Below the pieces are notes generated by a model. The model had not been told where the DNA came from and made no database searches. It saw only the letters and a list, made by a program, of their open reading frames with translations. A DNA stretch of 64,000 nucleotides from assembly GCA_963729715.1 (NCBI GenBank), contig CAVSPA010000005.1:672001-736000 (forward strand), in the 5' to 3' direction. Positions within the stretch are counted from its first letter, which is position 1; each line of letters opens with the position of its first letter. Source of the stretch: an uncultured delta proteobacterium. Lineage in GTDB: Bacteria > Desulfobacterota > Syntrophia > Syntrophales > UBA2185. Made by a program: the position numbers and the translations under genes. Below are positions 1-10,190 of this stretch, piece after piece.

Positions 1-822
1 GGCCAGAATGAAATCACATTGATGCACCATCCGGTTTGCCAGCTCATTACCGTGCGTTCCTATCAACCCCAGGTTGTATCCATTGACGGAGTCAACGGAA
101 CCGATGCCCATCATCGTAGTGACGAAGGGGATCTTCGCCTTTTCAATCAGATCGCGTATCAGGCGAAATGCATTGCTAAGTTTAACTCCTCCTCCGATGA
201 TGAGGATAGGCCTTTCGCTCTGATTCAATGTCTTGGCAATCATCTCCAGTTGTTCACGATCTTCTTCAGTTTTGTAGTTCGTTTTCAACGCAGGGGCAGC
301 TTTCTTTTCTGCCAGAGGGCATTTCGACGACAGAATATCGCGGGGGATATCCACTAAGACCGGACCCGGCCTGCCGGTCTTGGCAAGTTCAAATGCCTGC
401 CTCAGTGTTGCCGCAAGATTATTCACATCATGCACCTGGTAACTGTGTTTTGTGATAGGCAAGGTTATGCCGATGATGTCTGTTTCCTGGAAGGCATCAT
501 GTCCGAGAAGGCTTGTGCTCACCTGTGCTGTAAGGGCGACCATGGGCGTTGAGTCCATGAAGGCCGTGGCAATTCCCGTCACCAGGTTGGTCGCCCCCGG
601 TCCCGATGTTGCGATGCAGACGCCTACTTTTCCGGTGGCACGAGCGTAGCCGTCGGCAGCGTGAGCCGCTGCCTGTTCGTGTCGCATGAGGTAGTGCCGG
701 ACCTCGCTGTTTATCAACCGGTCATGAAGGGGAAGAGTGTTTGCCCCCGGGTATCCGAAGATTACATCAACTCCTTCCTCCTTTAAGATTTCTATGATTA
801 TATCTGCGCCAATGGTTTCCAT
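1..822 (-). CDS. ilvB: acetolactate synthase large subunit, 5' part (runs off window edge)
   Basis: Not in ORF track. Manual translation from ATG at 822: METIGADIIIEILKEEGVDVIFGYPGANTLPLHD...HYLMRHEQAAAHAADGYARATGKVGVCIATSGPGATNLVTGIATAFMDS, the typical ThDP-dependent AHAS N-terminus. Confidence 0.93.
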   Translation of the reverse strand, partial: METIGADIIIEILKEEGVDVIFGYPGANTLPLHDRLINSEVRHYLMRHEQAAAHAADGYARATGKVGVCIATSGPGATNLVTGIATAFMDSTPMVALTAQVSTSLLGHDAFQETDIIGITLPITKHSYQVHDVNNLAATLRQAFELAKTGRPGPVLVDIPRDILSSKCPLAEKKAAPALKTNYKTEEDREQLEMIAKTLNQSERPILIIGGGVKLSNAFRLIRDLIEKAKIPFVTTMMGIGSVDSVNGYNLGLIGTHGNELANRMVHQCDFILA

Positions 823-849
823 ATTCGCTTCTTGCTCCTTGCTGTTCAG

Positions 850-886
850 AAAATAAAAAGCCGCCAGTTCATTTGCACAGCGGCTT
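850..886 (-). terminator. second intrinsic terminator-like hairpin in ilvB leader
   Basis: Minus strand AAGCCGC...GCGGCTTTTTATTTT. Confidence 0.55.
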
Positions 887-895
887 GTAAGGCAT

Positions 896-928
896 AAAAA
901 AGCCGCGGGTTACAGGGGCCCGCGGCTC
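896..928 (-). terminator. attenuator terminator of ilv leader
   Basis: Minus strand AGCCGCGGG-loop-CCCGCGGCT followed by a U tract; its 5' arm can alternatively pair with leader sequence 959-972. Confidence 0.85.
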
Positions 929-947
929 TTTGTTCTATGTCATTCCA

Positions 948-1037
948 TCACAGAAACCGAGCAGCGGTCCCCCGAAGTACAGATACTACGACTACGGCTA
1001 CAATAAGGGTACTTGTGCTCAGGATGTAACGAATCAT
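948..1037 (-). CDS. branched-chain amino acid attenuator leader peptide (29 aa)
   Basis: MIRYILSTSTLIVAVVVVSVLRGTAARFL*, RBS GAGGT upstream, I/L/V run, immediately upstream of terminator and ilvB. Confidence 0.88.
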   Translation of the reverse strand: MIRYILSTSTLIVAVVVVSVLRGTAARFL

Positions 1038-1057
1038 CTGCTTACCTCTACTCATTA

Positions 1058-1085
1058 ATCTTATATAAGAAATCAGATTTGTCAA
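1058..1085 (-). promoter_or_regulatory. sigma-70-type promoter of ilv leader
   Basis: TTGACA-16 nt-TAAGAT on minus strand. Confidence 0.5.
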
Positions 1086-1106
1086 GGAATTTTTGGGCTA
1101 CTCTCA

Positions 1107-3149
1107 TTAACGGGAACCGTCTTTATTGAGCCTGTTGGTTTCTTCTTGCGTTTCCTTGATTTCTATAGGTACAGCGCGAGTCCCTGTCGTACCCTCGAGA
1201 AAGCTCTCGAATATGGCATCCTGGGTCGAGCGTGTAGCCGGAATACCTGTGTGAGGTTCTACCTTGATGAAAACAATTCCGTCCGGCACGGGAAAAACTT
1301 CTCTGGGCCTTCCCTGCAGGGCTTTTTCCATAAAATAGAGCCATATTGGAGCTGCCGCCCTGCCTCCCACTTCTTCTCTGCCGAGTGAGGTTTCCTGGTC
1401 AAAACCAACCCATACCCCGGCCACGAGAGACGGTGTAAAACCTATGAACCAGGCATCTCTCGTATCATCTGTCGTTCCCGTCTTGGCTGCCACGGGCCGG
1501 CCGATGCTCTTTACTCGCCTCCCTGTGCCGCTTTCCACTACATCCTGCATGACATAGGAAGTCATAAATGCTATGCGGGGGTCAATTACCTCCTCACTTT
1601 TTACCTGGGTCTCTTCAAAGACATGACCCGTCCGATCGACGATTTTCTTGATGAAAAAAGGAACGACCCTCTTGCCTTGATTTGCTAGGACACCGTATCC
1701 CCTCACCATTTCCAGCAGAGTGACTCCCGATGTTCCCAGGGCCAGAGAGAGGTTCTTTGACAAGGGAGAAGTTATCCCCATGTTCGTGGCATATGCGGCG
1801 GCATAGTCGACCCCGATCTCCTGGAGAATCTTTATCGTAATGATATTTCGTGACTGCACGAGGGCGTTTCTAAGAGTGGTCGGCCCATTGAATTTACCGT
1901 CGAAGTTTCTTGGTTTCCAGAAACCATCAGGAGATGCTCTATCTTCATACACAATGGGAGCGTCCAGTATGCGCGTAGAGGGTGTCATTCCCTTGTCAAA
2001 GGCGGCTGTGTATATAAATGGCTTAAATGCCGATCCGGGCTGCCTCCGTGACTGGGTGGCACGGTTGAATTCACTCTTCTTGAAATCCCTGCCTCCGACC
2101 ATAGCCGTGATAGCACCGGTCTTCGCCTCCATACAGAGAAGAGCCCCCTGAACAAGTCCCTTCTCATACTTCTCCCGGTCTTCCAATTCTTGAAGCCCCT
2201 TTTCTACTGCGTCCCGTGCCGCCTTCTGCATGTCTATGTTAAGGGTAGTATAGACCTCAAGACCTTCCTTGTAGAGCACGTCGCTCCCGTATTTTTCCAA
2301 AATGTATTTCCGTATGTTTTCGACAAAATAAGGGGCGATTTTTTCTTTGGGTCTGATGGACTTGAGGGCTACAGGCACTGCCAGGGCCCGTTCTTTCTCT
2401 GCTGCGGTAATGTATTCGTCTTCGACCATCCTCTCAAGCACGTATGCCTGTCTCTGGCGGGCACGGTCGAAATGAAGGAAAGGAGAATAGCTGCTGGGCG
2501 CTTTGGGAAGACCGGCCAGGAGTGAGGCTTCCGCGAGGTTCAGATGCCTGGCGCTTTTCCCAAAATATCCTTGTGATGCTGCCTCAATGCCGTAAGTGCC
2601 ATGCCCTAAATATATGTGGTTGAGGTATAAGTTCATAATTTCGTCTTTGGAAAGATACTTGTCAATCTTATAGGCTAAGAAGGCCTCCTTGATTTTTCTC
2701 ATGTAGCTTTTTTCCGAAGACAGATAAAGGGATTTTGCTACCTGCTGTGTTATGGTGCTTCCGCCCTGAACTATACGACCGGCTTCGATATTCTTATAAA
2801 AGGCCCTTGTCATGCTCACCAAGTCAAAGCCGGTATGCTGATAAAATCTCGCATCTTCCGCGGCCACAAAGGCCTGAACGACCACCTTTGGAACTTCAGA
2901 CAGCTTAATGATTTTTCTGTCTTCCATGAAAAATTCATCGATTAGTTCGTTATTGTCTGCGTACACCCGCGTGGCGATGCTGGGACGGTAGTCCTTTAAG
3001 GCGGCTATGCTAGGTAATTCTTGCTGAAGGACATAGTACAAGATACTGCTTACTATGATTGCCAGAACGACAAAGCACACTGTGGCTATCAGCAGTACTG
3101 TGCCAAGACGGGAGTGTTTAGGTTGCGTTTTCTTGTATTTGGGTCTCAT
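1107..3149 (-). CDS. mrcA: class A penicillin-binding protein 1A
   Basis: N-terminal TM; transglycosylase motifs EDARF, GGSTITQQ; transpeptidase SAFK, SRN, KTGT. Confidence 0.92.
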   Translation of the reverse strand: MRPKYKKTQPKHSRLGTVLLIATVCFVVLAIIVSSILYYVLQQELPSIAALKDYRPSIATRVYADNNELIDEFFMEDRKIIKLSEVPKVVVQAFVAAEDARFYQHTGFDLVSMTRAFYKNIEAGRIVQGGSTITQQVAKSLYLSSEKSYMRKIKEAFLAYKIDKYLSKDEIMNLYLNHIYLGHGTYGIEAASQGYFGKSARHLNLAEASLLAGLPKAPSSYSPFLHFDRARQRQAYVLERMVEDEYITAAEKERALAVPVALKSIRPKEKIAPYFVENIRKYILEKYGSDVLYKEGLEVYTTLNIDMQKAARDAVEKGLQELEDREKYEKGLVQGALLCMEAKTGAITAMVGGRDFKKSEFNRATQSRRQPGSAFKPFIYTAAFDKGMTPSTRILDAPIVYEDRASPDGFWKPRNFDGKFNGPTTLRNALVQSRNIITIKILQEIGVDYAAAYATNMGITSPLSKNLSLALGTSGVTLLEMVRGYGVLANQGKRVVPFFIKKIVDRTGHVFEETQVKSEEVIDPRIAFMTSYVMQDVVESGTGRRVKSIGRPVAAKTGTTDDTRDAWFIGFTPSLVAGVWVGFDQETSLGREEVGGRAAAPIWLYFMEKALQGRPREVFPVPDGIVFIKVEPHTGIPATRSTQDAIFESFLEGTTGTRAVPIEIKETQEETNRLNKDGSR

Positions 3150-3916
3150 ATTTCCTTTTGATCGTCTTTCAAATCTTCTGCCTTGGGACGTTTCTTCTCA
3201 GCGAGCTTGGCTACGATTATACCAATCTCATAAAGGCCCATCAATGGTACAGCCATGATGATCTGGGTAATCGCATCAGGGGAAGGCGTCAGGATTGCAG
3301 CAGCGATAAATATTATAAGAATAGCGTAACGCCTGTTTCGCGACAGCGTTCTTGAACTTACGACACCGATTTTGGCTAAGAAAAAGATAACAACGGGGAG
3401 TTCAAAGGACACACCAAACGCAAGCAAGAGCTTCAGGGAGAGAGAAAGATACTCTCGCAGTGAAAACATGGGCTTAAGAAAGTCAGATGAAAATTCCACG
3501 AAAAAGCTGAATGCCGGAGGAAGGGCAAGATAATAGCCGAATAGTACGCCGCAAATAAACAGAATGGTGGAAGAGATAACGAAGGGAAGCATGTATTTCT
3601 TCTCTGACCTATAGAGACCAGGTGAGATGAATTTCCACAGTTGATAAAGGATGTAGGGGCTTGTAAGAAAAAGTGACGCGTAGAAGGATATTTTCATGTA
3701 GTTGAAAAACGCCTCGGGCAGGCTGGTATATATCATGAAGCTGTTCGGGGGTAGGACCTGGTATAGAGGCCTTGTAATGATCTGGAATAGCCATTCTTTA
3801 AAATACCAACAGACACCGAAACCGATAGCTGCGGCAATCATTATGCGGATGATTCTGGTCCGCAATTCTTCCAGATGATTAGTGAAGGGCATTTTTTCTT
3901 CTACAGGGTCTTCCAT
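3146..3916 (-). CDS. tatC: twin-arginine translocase subunit TatC
   Basis: HLEELRTR, FISPGLY, FELP, ILTPSPD motifs; multiple TM segments. Confidence 0.95.
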   Translation of the reverse strand: MEDPVEEKMPFTNHLEELRTRIIRIMIAAAIGFGVCWYFKEWLFQIITRPLYQVLPPNSFMIYTSLPEAFFNYMKISFYASLFLTSPYILYQLWKFISPGLYRSEKKYMLPFVISSTILFICGVLFGYYLALPPAFSFFVEFSSDFLKPMFSLREYLSLSLKLLLAFGVSFELPVVIFFLAKIGVVSSRTLSRNRRYAILIIFIAAAILTPSPDAITQIIMAVPLMGLYEIGIIVAKLAEKKRPKAEDLKDDQKEI

Positions 3917-3970
3917 AGATTAATTATCAGCGTCTCCTCTTATAAATTGATTCTAACTCGAGTAGTGAAT

Positions 3971-4288
3971 TCAAGATTGAGCTTTAAAAGGGGAATCTTT
4001 GTGGGGGGGTTCTTTTGTTTCATCGCCGCCTGGCGGAGAATGCTTATGGTCATCCTGGTCATTTTTTTTAACATACAGCAGTGAAGCTTTAAAGTCATTG
4101 ACTTCTTTTTTTACATCTTCCGGCTTGAGAGTTTCCTTGATATTTTCCGTTACATCATCGGCCGCTCTGCGAAATTCGGAGAGACCGTTGCCGAAGGATT
4201 TTGCAAGATCTGGCAGCTTCTTCGGACCCACGACGATCAATGCGATAACTGCTATTACGATGAGCTCAGGCAAACCGATGCCGAACAT
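3971..4288 (-). CDS. tatB: twin-arginine translocase TatA/TatB family subunit (TatB-like)
   Basis: [29 protein letters not shown]; directly upstream of tatC. Confidence 0.8.
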   Translation of the reverse strand: MFGIGLPELIVIAVIALIVVGPKKLPDLAKSFGNGLSEFRRAADDVTENIKETLKPEDVKKEVNDFKASLLYVKKNDQDDHKHSPPGGDETKEPPHKDSPFKAQS

Positions 4289-4464
4289 GATTTCAACCTC
4301 TTATTCGCTAAAGCGGCTTGAATATATATCTATTTATGCATTTGTCAATGTTTTTCCAGGAGCAGAGAATGCCGTCGCCACGCTGGGAAACTTTTTGCGT
4401 TCTCATTGCTTTTGTGCTAAAAGCTTGTGCCTGTGTAGAAAAACCCTTCCAGGGATGGTGACCA

Positions 4465-5520
4465 ATGTCTCGAAAAACGGGTATTGTTAAGGATGAAAGG
4501 TATTTAAGGCATGACGCCGGATTCGGACATCCCGAATCACCACAGCGGCTTGGAGCGACCTACACTATGCTTGAAGCCTCTGGTATGGCCGGACAGTTTA
4601 TCGAAATTGAACCGCGTTATGCCACCCATGAAGAGATTGCAATGATTCATTCTCTTTCTTATATAAATCTTGTCGCCTCTACTGCAGGGAAGATATTTGT
4701 TCCCCTTGATCCCGATACGGCTGCCACACCGGAATCGTATGATGTTGCGAAGCTGGCAGTGGGGGGACTATTTAACGCTATCGACAGCGTTGTAGCGGGT
4801 GAAGTTGACAATGCCTTTGCCCTTGTCAGGCCTCCCGGACATCACGCAGGAGTATCCAATGCGGCCGGCTTCTGCCTTTTCAATAATGTTGCCATAGGAG
4901 CCATGCATGCTATTTCCAAGCACAAGATGGAAAGGATTCTGGTAGTCGACTGGGATCTACACCATGGCAATGGCACCCAAGCGCAATTCTATGAGGACCC
5001 GAGGGTTTTGTATTTCTCAACGCACCAGTATCCATATTATCCTGGCACAGGCGCCATAGAAGAAATAGGACGAGGGAAAGGTATCGGATACAACATCAAT
5101 ATACCCTTGAGACCCGGCACAGACAGCGCTCAGTATGTCAAGATTTTCAAAAAAATTATCTATCCTGTCTCTATGAAGTTTAAGCCGGAGCTGGTCCTTA
5201 TCTCGGCCGGGTTCGATCCTTACTACAAGGACCCCTTAGGAGGAATGAAGGTTACGCCCGCCGGGTTTGCCTGTCTGACACGTATTCTCATGGATATCGC
5301 TGATCAGTGCTGCGGTGGAAAGGTGGTTGCAACCCTCGAAGGCGGGTATCATATCAGCGGACTTGCAGAGTCGATAAAAACAGTGCTTATCGAAATGAGG
5401 GACGGCACGCATGTGACCGATGATGAGCTCGAGCGAATTGCAAAAGAGGCAGACAGCAATACGGATCCAGTAATCAAGAAGGTCATCGATCAGATAAATC
5501 CTTACTGGCGGCTGTCATGA
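4465..5520 (+). CDS. histone deacetylase family (class II-like) Zn deacetylase
   Basis: HPESPQR, RPPGHHA, GFCLFNN, DWDLHHGNGTQ, SAGFD, LEGGY. Confidence 0.93.
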   Translation: MSRKTGIVKDERYLRHDAGFGHPESPQRLGATYTMLEASGMAGQFIEIEPRYATHEEIAMIHSLSYINLVASTAGKIFVPLDPDTAATPESYDVAKLAVGGLFNAIDSVVAGEVDNAFALVRPPGHHAGVSNAAGFCLFNNVAIGAMHAISKHKMERILVVDWDLHHGNGTQAQFYEDPRVLYFSTHQYPYYPGTGAIEEIGRGKGIGYNINIPLRPGTDSAQYVKIFKKIIYPVSMKFKPELVLISAGFDPYYKDPLGGMKVTPAGFACLTRILMDIADQCCGGKVVATLEGGYHISGLAESIKTVLIEMRDGTHVTDDELERIAKEADSNTDPVIKKVIDQINPYWRLS

Positions 5521-5550
5521 ATTCATTGTTGCAGTTATGAGGATACGGCG

Positions 5551-5838
5551 TTGAAGATCACAAAGGAAGAAGTTGAATACGTGGCTCATCTGGCGAGGCT
5601 CGATTTTAGCGAAGAACAAAAAGTGACATTTACCTCACAGCTAAACGATATACTGATGTATATGGATAAGCTCAATGAGGTGGACACAGCGGGCATCGAA
5701 CCAATGAGTCATGCCATTGCCCTTCAGAATGCCTTCAGAAACGATACCGTCAAAGATTCACTCAGTCATGAACTGTCCCTGTCCAATGCCCCCGAAGCAA
5801 GGGGCCCGTTTTTCCGGGTACCGAAAGTTATAGAATAG
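5551..5838 (+). CDS. gatC: Asp/Glu-tRNA amidotransferase subunit C
   Basis: VEYVAHLARL...FRVPKVIE; precedes gatA. Confidence 0.95.
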   Translation: MKITKEEVEYVAHLARLDFSEEQKVTFTSQLNDILMYMDKLNEVDTAGIEPMSHAIALQNAFRNDTVKDSLSHELSLSNAPEARGPFFRVPKVIE

Positions 5839-5850
5839 GATAGGGGCGGC

Positions 5851-7308
5851 ATGGAACTTCATCAGTTAACGATTCACGAGTTGCAGAAATTGATCAGGTC
5901 GAAGGAGATAAATTCCTCGGACATAGTTGAATCCGTGTACAAAAGGATTGATGCCGTAGAAGGCCGTGTTCATGCATATATCACCTTAATGAAGGAACAT
6001 GCATTTGCAGAGGCCACCAAAGCAGACCGCTGTATCAAGGAAGGAAATGTCCGGGCGCTGACGGGAATACCCATCGCCCTCAAAGATATCGTCTGCACGA
6101 AAAATTTCTTGACAACCTGCGGATCCCACATCCTGTACAACTACATCCCGCCTTACGATGCCACGGTGGTGGAGAAATTGAAGGAAGCCGGTGCGGTATT
6201 CACGGGCAAGACGAATATGGATGAATTCGCGATGGGCTCATCCACGGAGACCTCATATTTCGGGATAACCAGAAATCCCTGGGCTCTCGACAGGATACCC
6301 GGTGGGTCAAGCGGCGGGTCCGCCGCTGCTGTGGCCGGGGATGAGTGCATTGCCTCTATCGGTTCAGATACAGGCGGCTCCATCAGGCAGCCCGCAGCTT
6401 TATGTGGTGTTGTGGGAATGAAGCCAACCTATGGAAGAGTGTCCCGATACGGACTCATCGCCTTTGCCTCCTCCCTGGATCAGATTGGTCCTTTTACAAA
6501 AGACGTTGAAGACTGCGCTATCATGATGAATGTTATTGCCGGATATGATCCGAGGGAGTCTACATCTGTTCCTCTCGACGTACCCGATTACACGGCATTT
6601 CTCTCACGGGGGATTGATGGCTTCAAAGTGGGGATTCCGAAGGAGTACTTCATCGAGGGCATTGACCCGGAGATAACGGAGGCCATGAACGAAGCCAGGA
6701 AGGCCATCGAGGAACTGGGAGCAACGTGTGTCGAGACATCTCTTCCCCATACGGAATATTGCCTGGCCGTGTATTACATCATTGCTCCCGCGGAGGCGAG
6801 TTCCAATCTGGCCCGATATGACGGTGTGAGGTACGGATTCCGGGCGGAAGACTGCAGAGACCTTCTGGATATGTACAAGAAAACCCGCTCTGCCGGTTTC
6901 GGGGCCGAAGTAAAAAGGCGGATAATGATAGGGACGTACGCGCTGTCTTCCGGCTATTACGATGCTTACTATAAGAAGGCTTCCCAGGTGCGGGCGCTGA
7001 TTAAGCGGGATTTTGAAGAGGCATTGAAGCATTGCGATGTAATCCTTACACCGACGACCCCCACCCCTGCCTTCAAGATCGGCGAGAAGATGGACGATCC
7101 CCTGCAGATGTATCTCTCCGACATATTCACCATATCAACAAACCTGGCGGGCATACCGGGCATATCCGTGCCGTGCGGATTTACGCGGCAAGGGCTCCCC
7201 ATTGGCGCGCAGTTCCTGACAGGACATTTTGAAGAAGGGAAATTAATTCAAATTGCCGCTGCATTTGAAAAACATGCAAACCTAAAGCAGAGGAGACCGA
7301 CTCTCTGA
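5851..7308 (+). CDS. gatA: Asp/Glu-tRNA amidotransferase subunit A
   Basis: Amidase signature [32 protein letters not shown]. Confidence 0.97.
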   Translation: MELHQLTIHELQKLIRSKEINSSDIVESVYKRIDAVEGRVHAYITLMKEHAFAEATKADRCIKEGNVRALTGIPIALKDIVCTKNFLTTCGSHILYNYIPPYDATVVEKLKEAGAVFTGKTNMDEFAMGSSTETSYFGITRNPWALDRIPGGSSGGSAAAVAGDECIASIGSDTGGSIRQPAALCGVVGMKPTYGRVSRYGLIAFASSLDQIGPFTKDVEDCAIMMNVIAGYDPRESTSVPLDVPDYTAFLSRGIDGFKVGIPKEYFIEGIDPEITEAMNEARKAIEELGATCVETSLPHTEYCLAVYYIIAPAEASSNLARYDGVRYGFRAEDCRDLLDMYKKTRSAGFGAEVKRRIMIGTYALSSGYYDAYYKKASQVRALIKRDFEEALKHCDVILTPTTPTPAFKIGEKMDDPLQMYLSDIFTISTNLAGIPGISVPCGFTRQGLPIGAQFLTGHFEEGKLIQIAAAFEKHANLKQRRPTL

Positions 7309-8741
7309 TGGCATATGAACCGGTCATAGGGCTGGAAATACATGCCCAGCTTCTTACTAAATCAAAAATATTCTGCAGCTGCTCAACGTTGTTCGGGGCG
7401 GAGCCCAATACGCACACCTGTGCAGTGTGTATGGGGATGCCCGGTGTCCTTCCCGTCTTGAACAGGACGGTGGTTGAGTATACGATTAAAATGGCACTCG
7501 CGACCAACTGCGCAATAAATGAGTCATGCAATTTCGCGAGGAAAAACTATTTCTATCCTGACCTCCCCAAAGGGTATCAGATATCCCAGTACGCCCAGCC
7601 TCTTTCCGAGCACGGATATGTCAATATTGAACAGAACGAAGGAAGAAAAAGGATCGGCATAACGCGAATCCACATGGAGGAAGATGCAGGCAAAATGATT
7701 CACGATGAGCATATGCCTTCGAGTTACATTGATCTCAACAGGACAGGAGTGCCACTCATTGAGATTGTCAGCGAGCCGGATATGAGAAGCGCCGAGGAGG
7801 CATCCGCCTATCTGAGAAGACTGCATGAAATACTCGTTTATCTGGAGATCTGTGACGGGAATATGGAGGAGGGAAGCTTCCGCTGTGATGCCAATGTATC
7901 CATCAGGCCAAGAGGAGAAAAAGCCTTCGGTACGCGGACAGAACTGAAAAACATGAATTCCTTCCGGAATGTCCAGCGTGCACTAGATTATGAAATCAAG
8001 CGTCAGCAGTATATCCTGGAGAGCGGCCAGGCAGTGATCCAGGAAACGAGGCTGTGGGACGATTCACAAGGGGTAACCCTATCCATGCGGGGAAAAGAAG
8101 AGGCCCACGATTACCGATATTTTCCCGATCCCGATCTCGTTCCTATAGTAATAGATGAGTTTTGGGTGGAAGAGGTCAGAAAGAAAATTCCCGAACTTCC
8201 TCTCGCGAAACGGGAGCGGTTTATGAGAGATTATCAGCTCCCTTCCTATGATGCCGGTGTATTGACGTCAAGCCGCGTACTTGCTGATTACTTCGAAGAT
8301 GTGGCCAGCCTTTCCGGAAAACCGAAGGCAGCCAGCAACTGGGTCATGGGGGATATCCTCCGATTCCTAAATGAGGAAAAGCGGGATATAAAAGAGTGTC
8401 CCATTCTACCACAGTCACTCGCGGAGATGATTCAACTCATTGAAGATGGAACTATCAGCGGGAAGATGGCCAAGGATATTATTGAGGAGATGTACAGGAC
8501 AGGCAAGCCGCCGAAGACGATCATTGAAGAGAAGGGCATGATTCAGATTACCGATGAAGTTGCGCTAGCGAAAACTATTACTGAGATTCTGGCGAAAAAT
8601 ACGGCACAGGTTGAGCAGTACCGGGGAGGCAAAGAGAAGCTCTTTGGCTATTTTGTGGGTCAGGTGATGAAAGCAACCAAGGGAAAAGCCAATCCCCAGC
8701 TCATCAATGACCTTCTAAAAAAAATGTTAGCAGCGTCGTAA
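7308..8741 (+). CDS. gatB: Asp/Glu-tRNA amidotransferase subunit B
   Basis: [43 protein letters not shown]. Confidence 0.97.
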   Translation: MAYEPVIGLEIHAQLLTKSKIFCSCSTLFGAEPNTHTCAVCMGMPGVLPVLNRTVVEYTIKMALATNCAINESCNFARKNYFYPDLPKGYQISQYAQPLSEHGYVNIEQNEGRKRIGITRIHMEEDAGKMIHDEHMPSSYIDLNRTGVPLIEIVSEPDMRSAEEASAYLRRLHEILVYLEICDGNMEEGSFRCDANVSIRPRGEKAFGTRTELKNMNSFRNVQRALDYEIKRQQYILESGQAVIQETRLWDDSQGVTLSMRGKEEAHDYRYFPDPDLVPIVIDEFWVEEVRKKIPELPLAKRERFMRDYQLPSYDAGVLTSSRVLADYFEDVASLSGKPKAASNWVMGDILRFLNEEKRDIKECPILPQSLAEMIQLIEDGTISGKMAKDIIEEMYRTGKPPKTIIEEKGMIQITDEVALAKTITEILAKNTAQVEQYRGGKEKLFGYFVGQVMKATKGKANPQLINDLLKKMLAAS

Positions 8742-8829
8742 TCATCCGGAGCCTTGGTGGTAAGATTTCTCAGAATGAGTTTAGCGGGGCAAAAATCTTC
8801 TTTCCACCTTAAGAAGGAAAACTAATAAG

Positions 8830-9879
8830 ATGAATAGTGCGATCAGGACGATTTTCTGGAAGGATGATGCGGTCGTCATGATCGACCAGAAGGCCCTTCC
8901 CCAGGAAGAGCGCCACCTGAGGTTTACTGATTATCAGGATGTCATCGCGGCAATCAAGGATCTGACCGTCCGCGGCGCCCCGGCAATCGGAGTAGCTGCT
9001 GCAATGGGTATTGCGCTCGGCACGCTCCATTTTGCCGCCTCATCAAAAGAAGATTTCAATCTCGCGTTCCGCGCAATCTGTTATCAGTTCTCCCAGACCC
9101 GGCCCACAGCGCGGAATCTTTTCTGGGCCATAGAAAGGATGAAAAAGCGTTTTGACGAAGCGTCCGCAGCGCCTATGGATCAGATAAAGAGGGTTCTTGT
9201 GGAAGAAGCCATGCACATCTGTGAGGAGGATATTGCCATAAATGAGAGAATCGGTATTAACGGAAGATCACTGATTCAGGACGGCGATAAAATTCTCACA
9301 CACTGCAATGCCGGCGCCTTGGCAACGGCCGGTTGCGGTACGGCCCTCGGTGTTATCAGGGCCGCTTGGGAGGAAGGGAAGAAACTCCATGTTTTTGTCG
9401 ATGAAACGCGACCCGTCCTTCAGGGAGCGCGGCTCACAGCCTGGGAACTCATGAAAGAGAAGATCCCTGCGACGCTAATAGCTGATAATATGGCAGGTTT
9501 TTTAATGAAACAAGGAAGGATCAGCAAGGTTATTGTCGGGGCGGACCGGATCACCGCCAATGGCGATGTGGCAAACAAGATCGGCACATATTCTCTCGCT
9601 GTTCTGGCAAAAGAGCATAACATTCCTTTTTATGTGGCAGCACCCTTATCTACCATAGACGTGTCGCTTCAAAACGGCGATGAGATTCCCATTGAGGAAA
9701 GAGATGCGGAAGAGATCACGACGATTCGAGGAACAAGAGTGGCGCCTGAGGGCATGCATGTTTATAACCCGGCCTTTGATGTTACTCCAAATCGTCACAT
9801 CACTGCCATTGTAACTGAAATGGGTATTGTCTTTCCTCCTTATTGCATGGGAAAAGTAGCACGGCATCCTAAAAAATGA
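8830..9879 (+). CDS. mtnA: S-methyl-5-thioribose-1-phosphate isomerase
   Basis: [46 protein letters not shown]. Confidence 0.94.
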   Translation: MNSAIRTIFWKDDAVVMIDQKALPQEERHLRFTDYQDVIAAIKDLTVRGAPAIGVAAAMGIALGTLHFAASSKEDFNLAFRAICYQFSQTRPTARNLFWAIERMKKRFDEASAAPMDQIKRVLVEEAMHICEEDIAINERIGINGRSLIQDGDKILTHCNAGALATAGCGTALGVIRAAWEEGKKLHVFVDETRPVLQGARLTAWELMKEKIPATLIADNMAGFLMKQGRISKVIVGADRITANGDVANKIGTYSLAVLAKEHNIPFYVAAPLSTIDVSLQNGDEIPIEERDAEEITTIRGTRVAPEGMHVYNPAFDVTPNRHITAIVTEMGIVFPPYCMGKVARHPKK

Positions 9880-9959
9880 TGAACGAGCTAAAAGGTTCTA
9901 TAAGCGGTTTTATACATTTCAGTTCATACACGGCTTCCTCAATGACACTGTAGTCTTTT

Positions 9960-9975
9960 CGGCACGTCTCTTGCA
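9960..9975 (+). promoter_or_regulatory. sigma-54 (-24/-12) promoter upstream of MCP
   Basis: CGGCACGTCTCTTGCA = GG-N10-GC. Confidence 0.7.
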
Positions 9976-10190
9976 CGTCATTTCTCTCATGATTTGATCT
10001 GAATTACTCCATTGCTAATCCTAAAAATTCTCTCCGGCAGAGCAGGGGATTTCTTTATGCGCGATTGTTCGAATCTCTCTGAGAGCAAATTTTGTCAGCA
10101 AATACAGAATGCTCCTAAAGAAAGAAGAGAATTATCCGATTTAATGAAAAGCATCTCGTTGTCACAAAAAATTAATTCTGTGAGGTAACT

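Noticed and set aside
19..649. Plus-strand ORFs in the track
   Set aside because: Antisense shadows of ilvB
10026..10056. TCTCCGGCAGAGCAGGGGA imperfect hairpin, reminiscent of IS200/REP ends or a riboswitch
   Set aside because: Short, degenerate, no transposase nearby and no recognisable aptamer consensus
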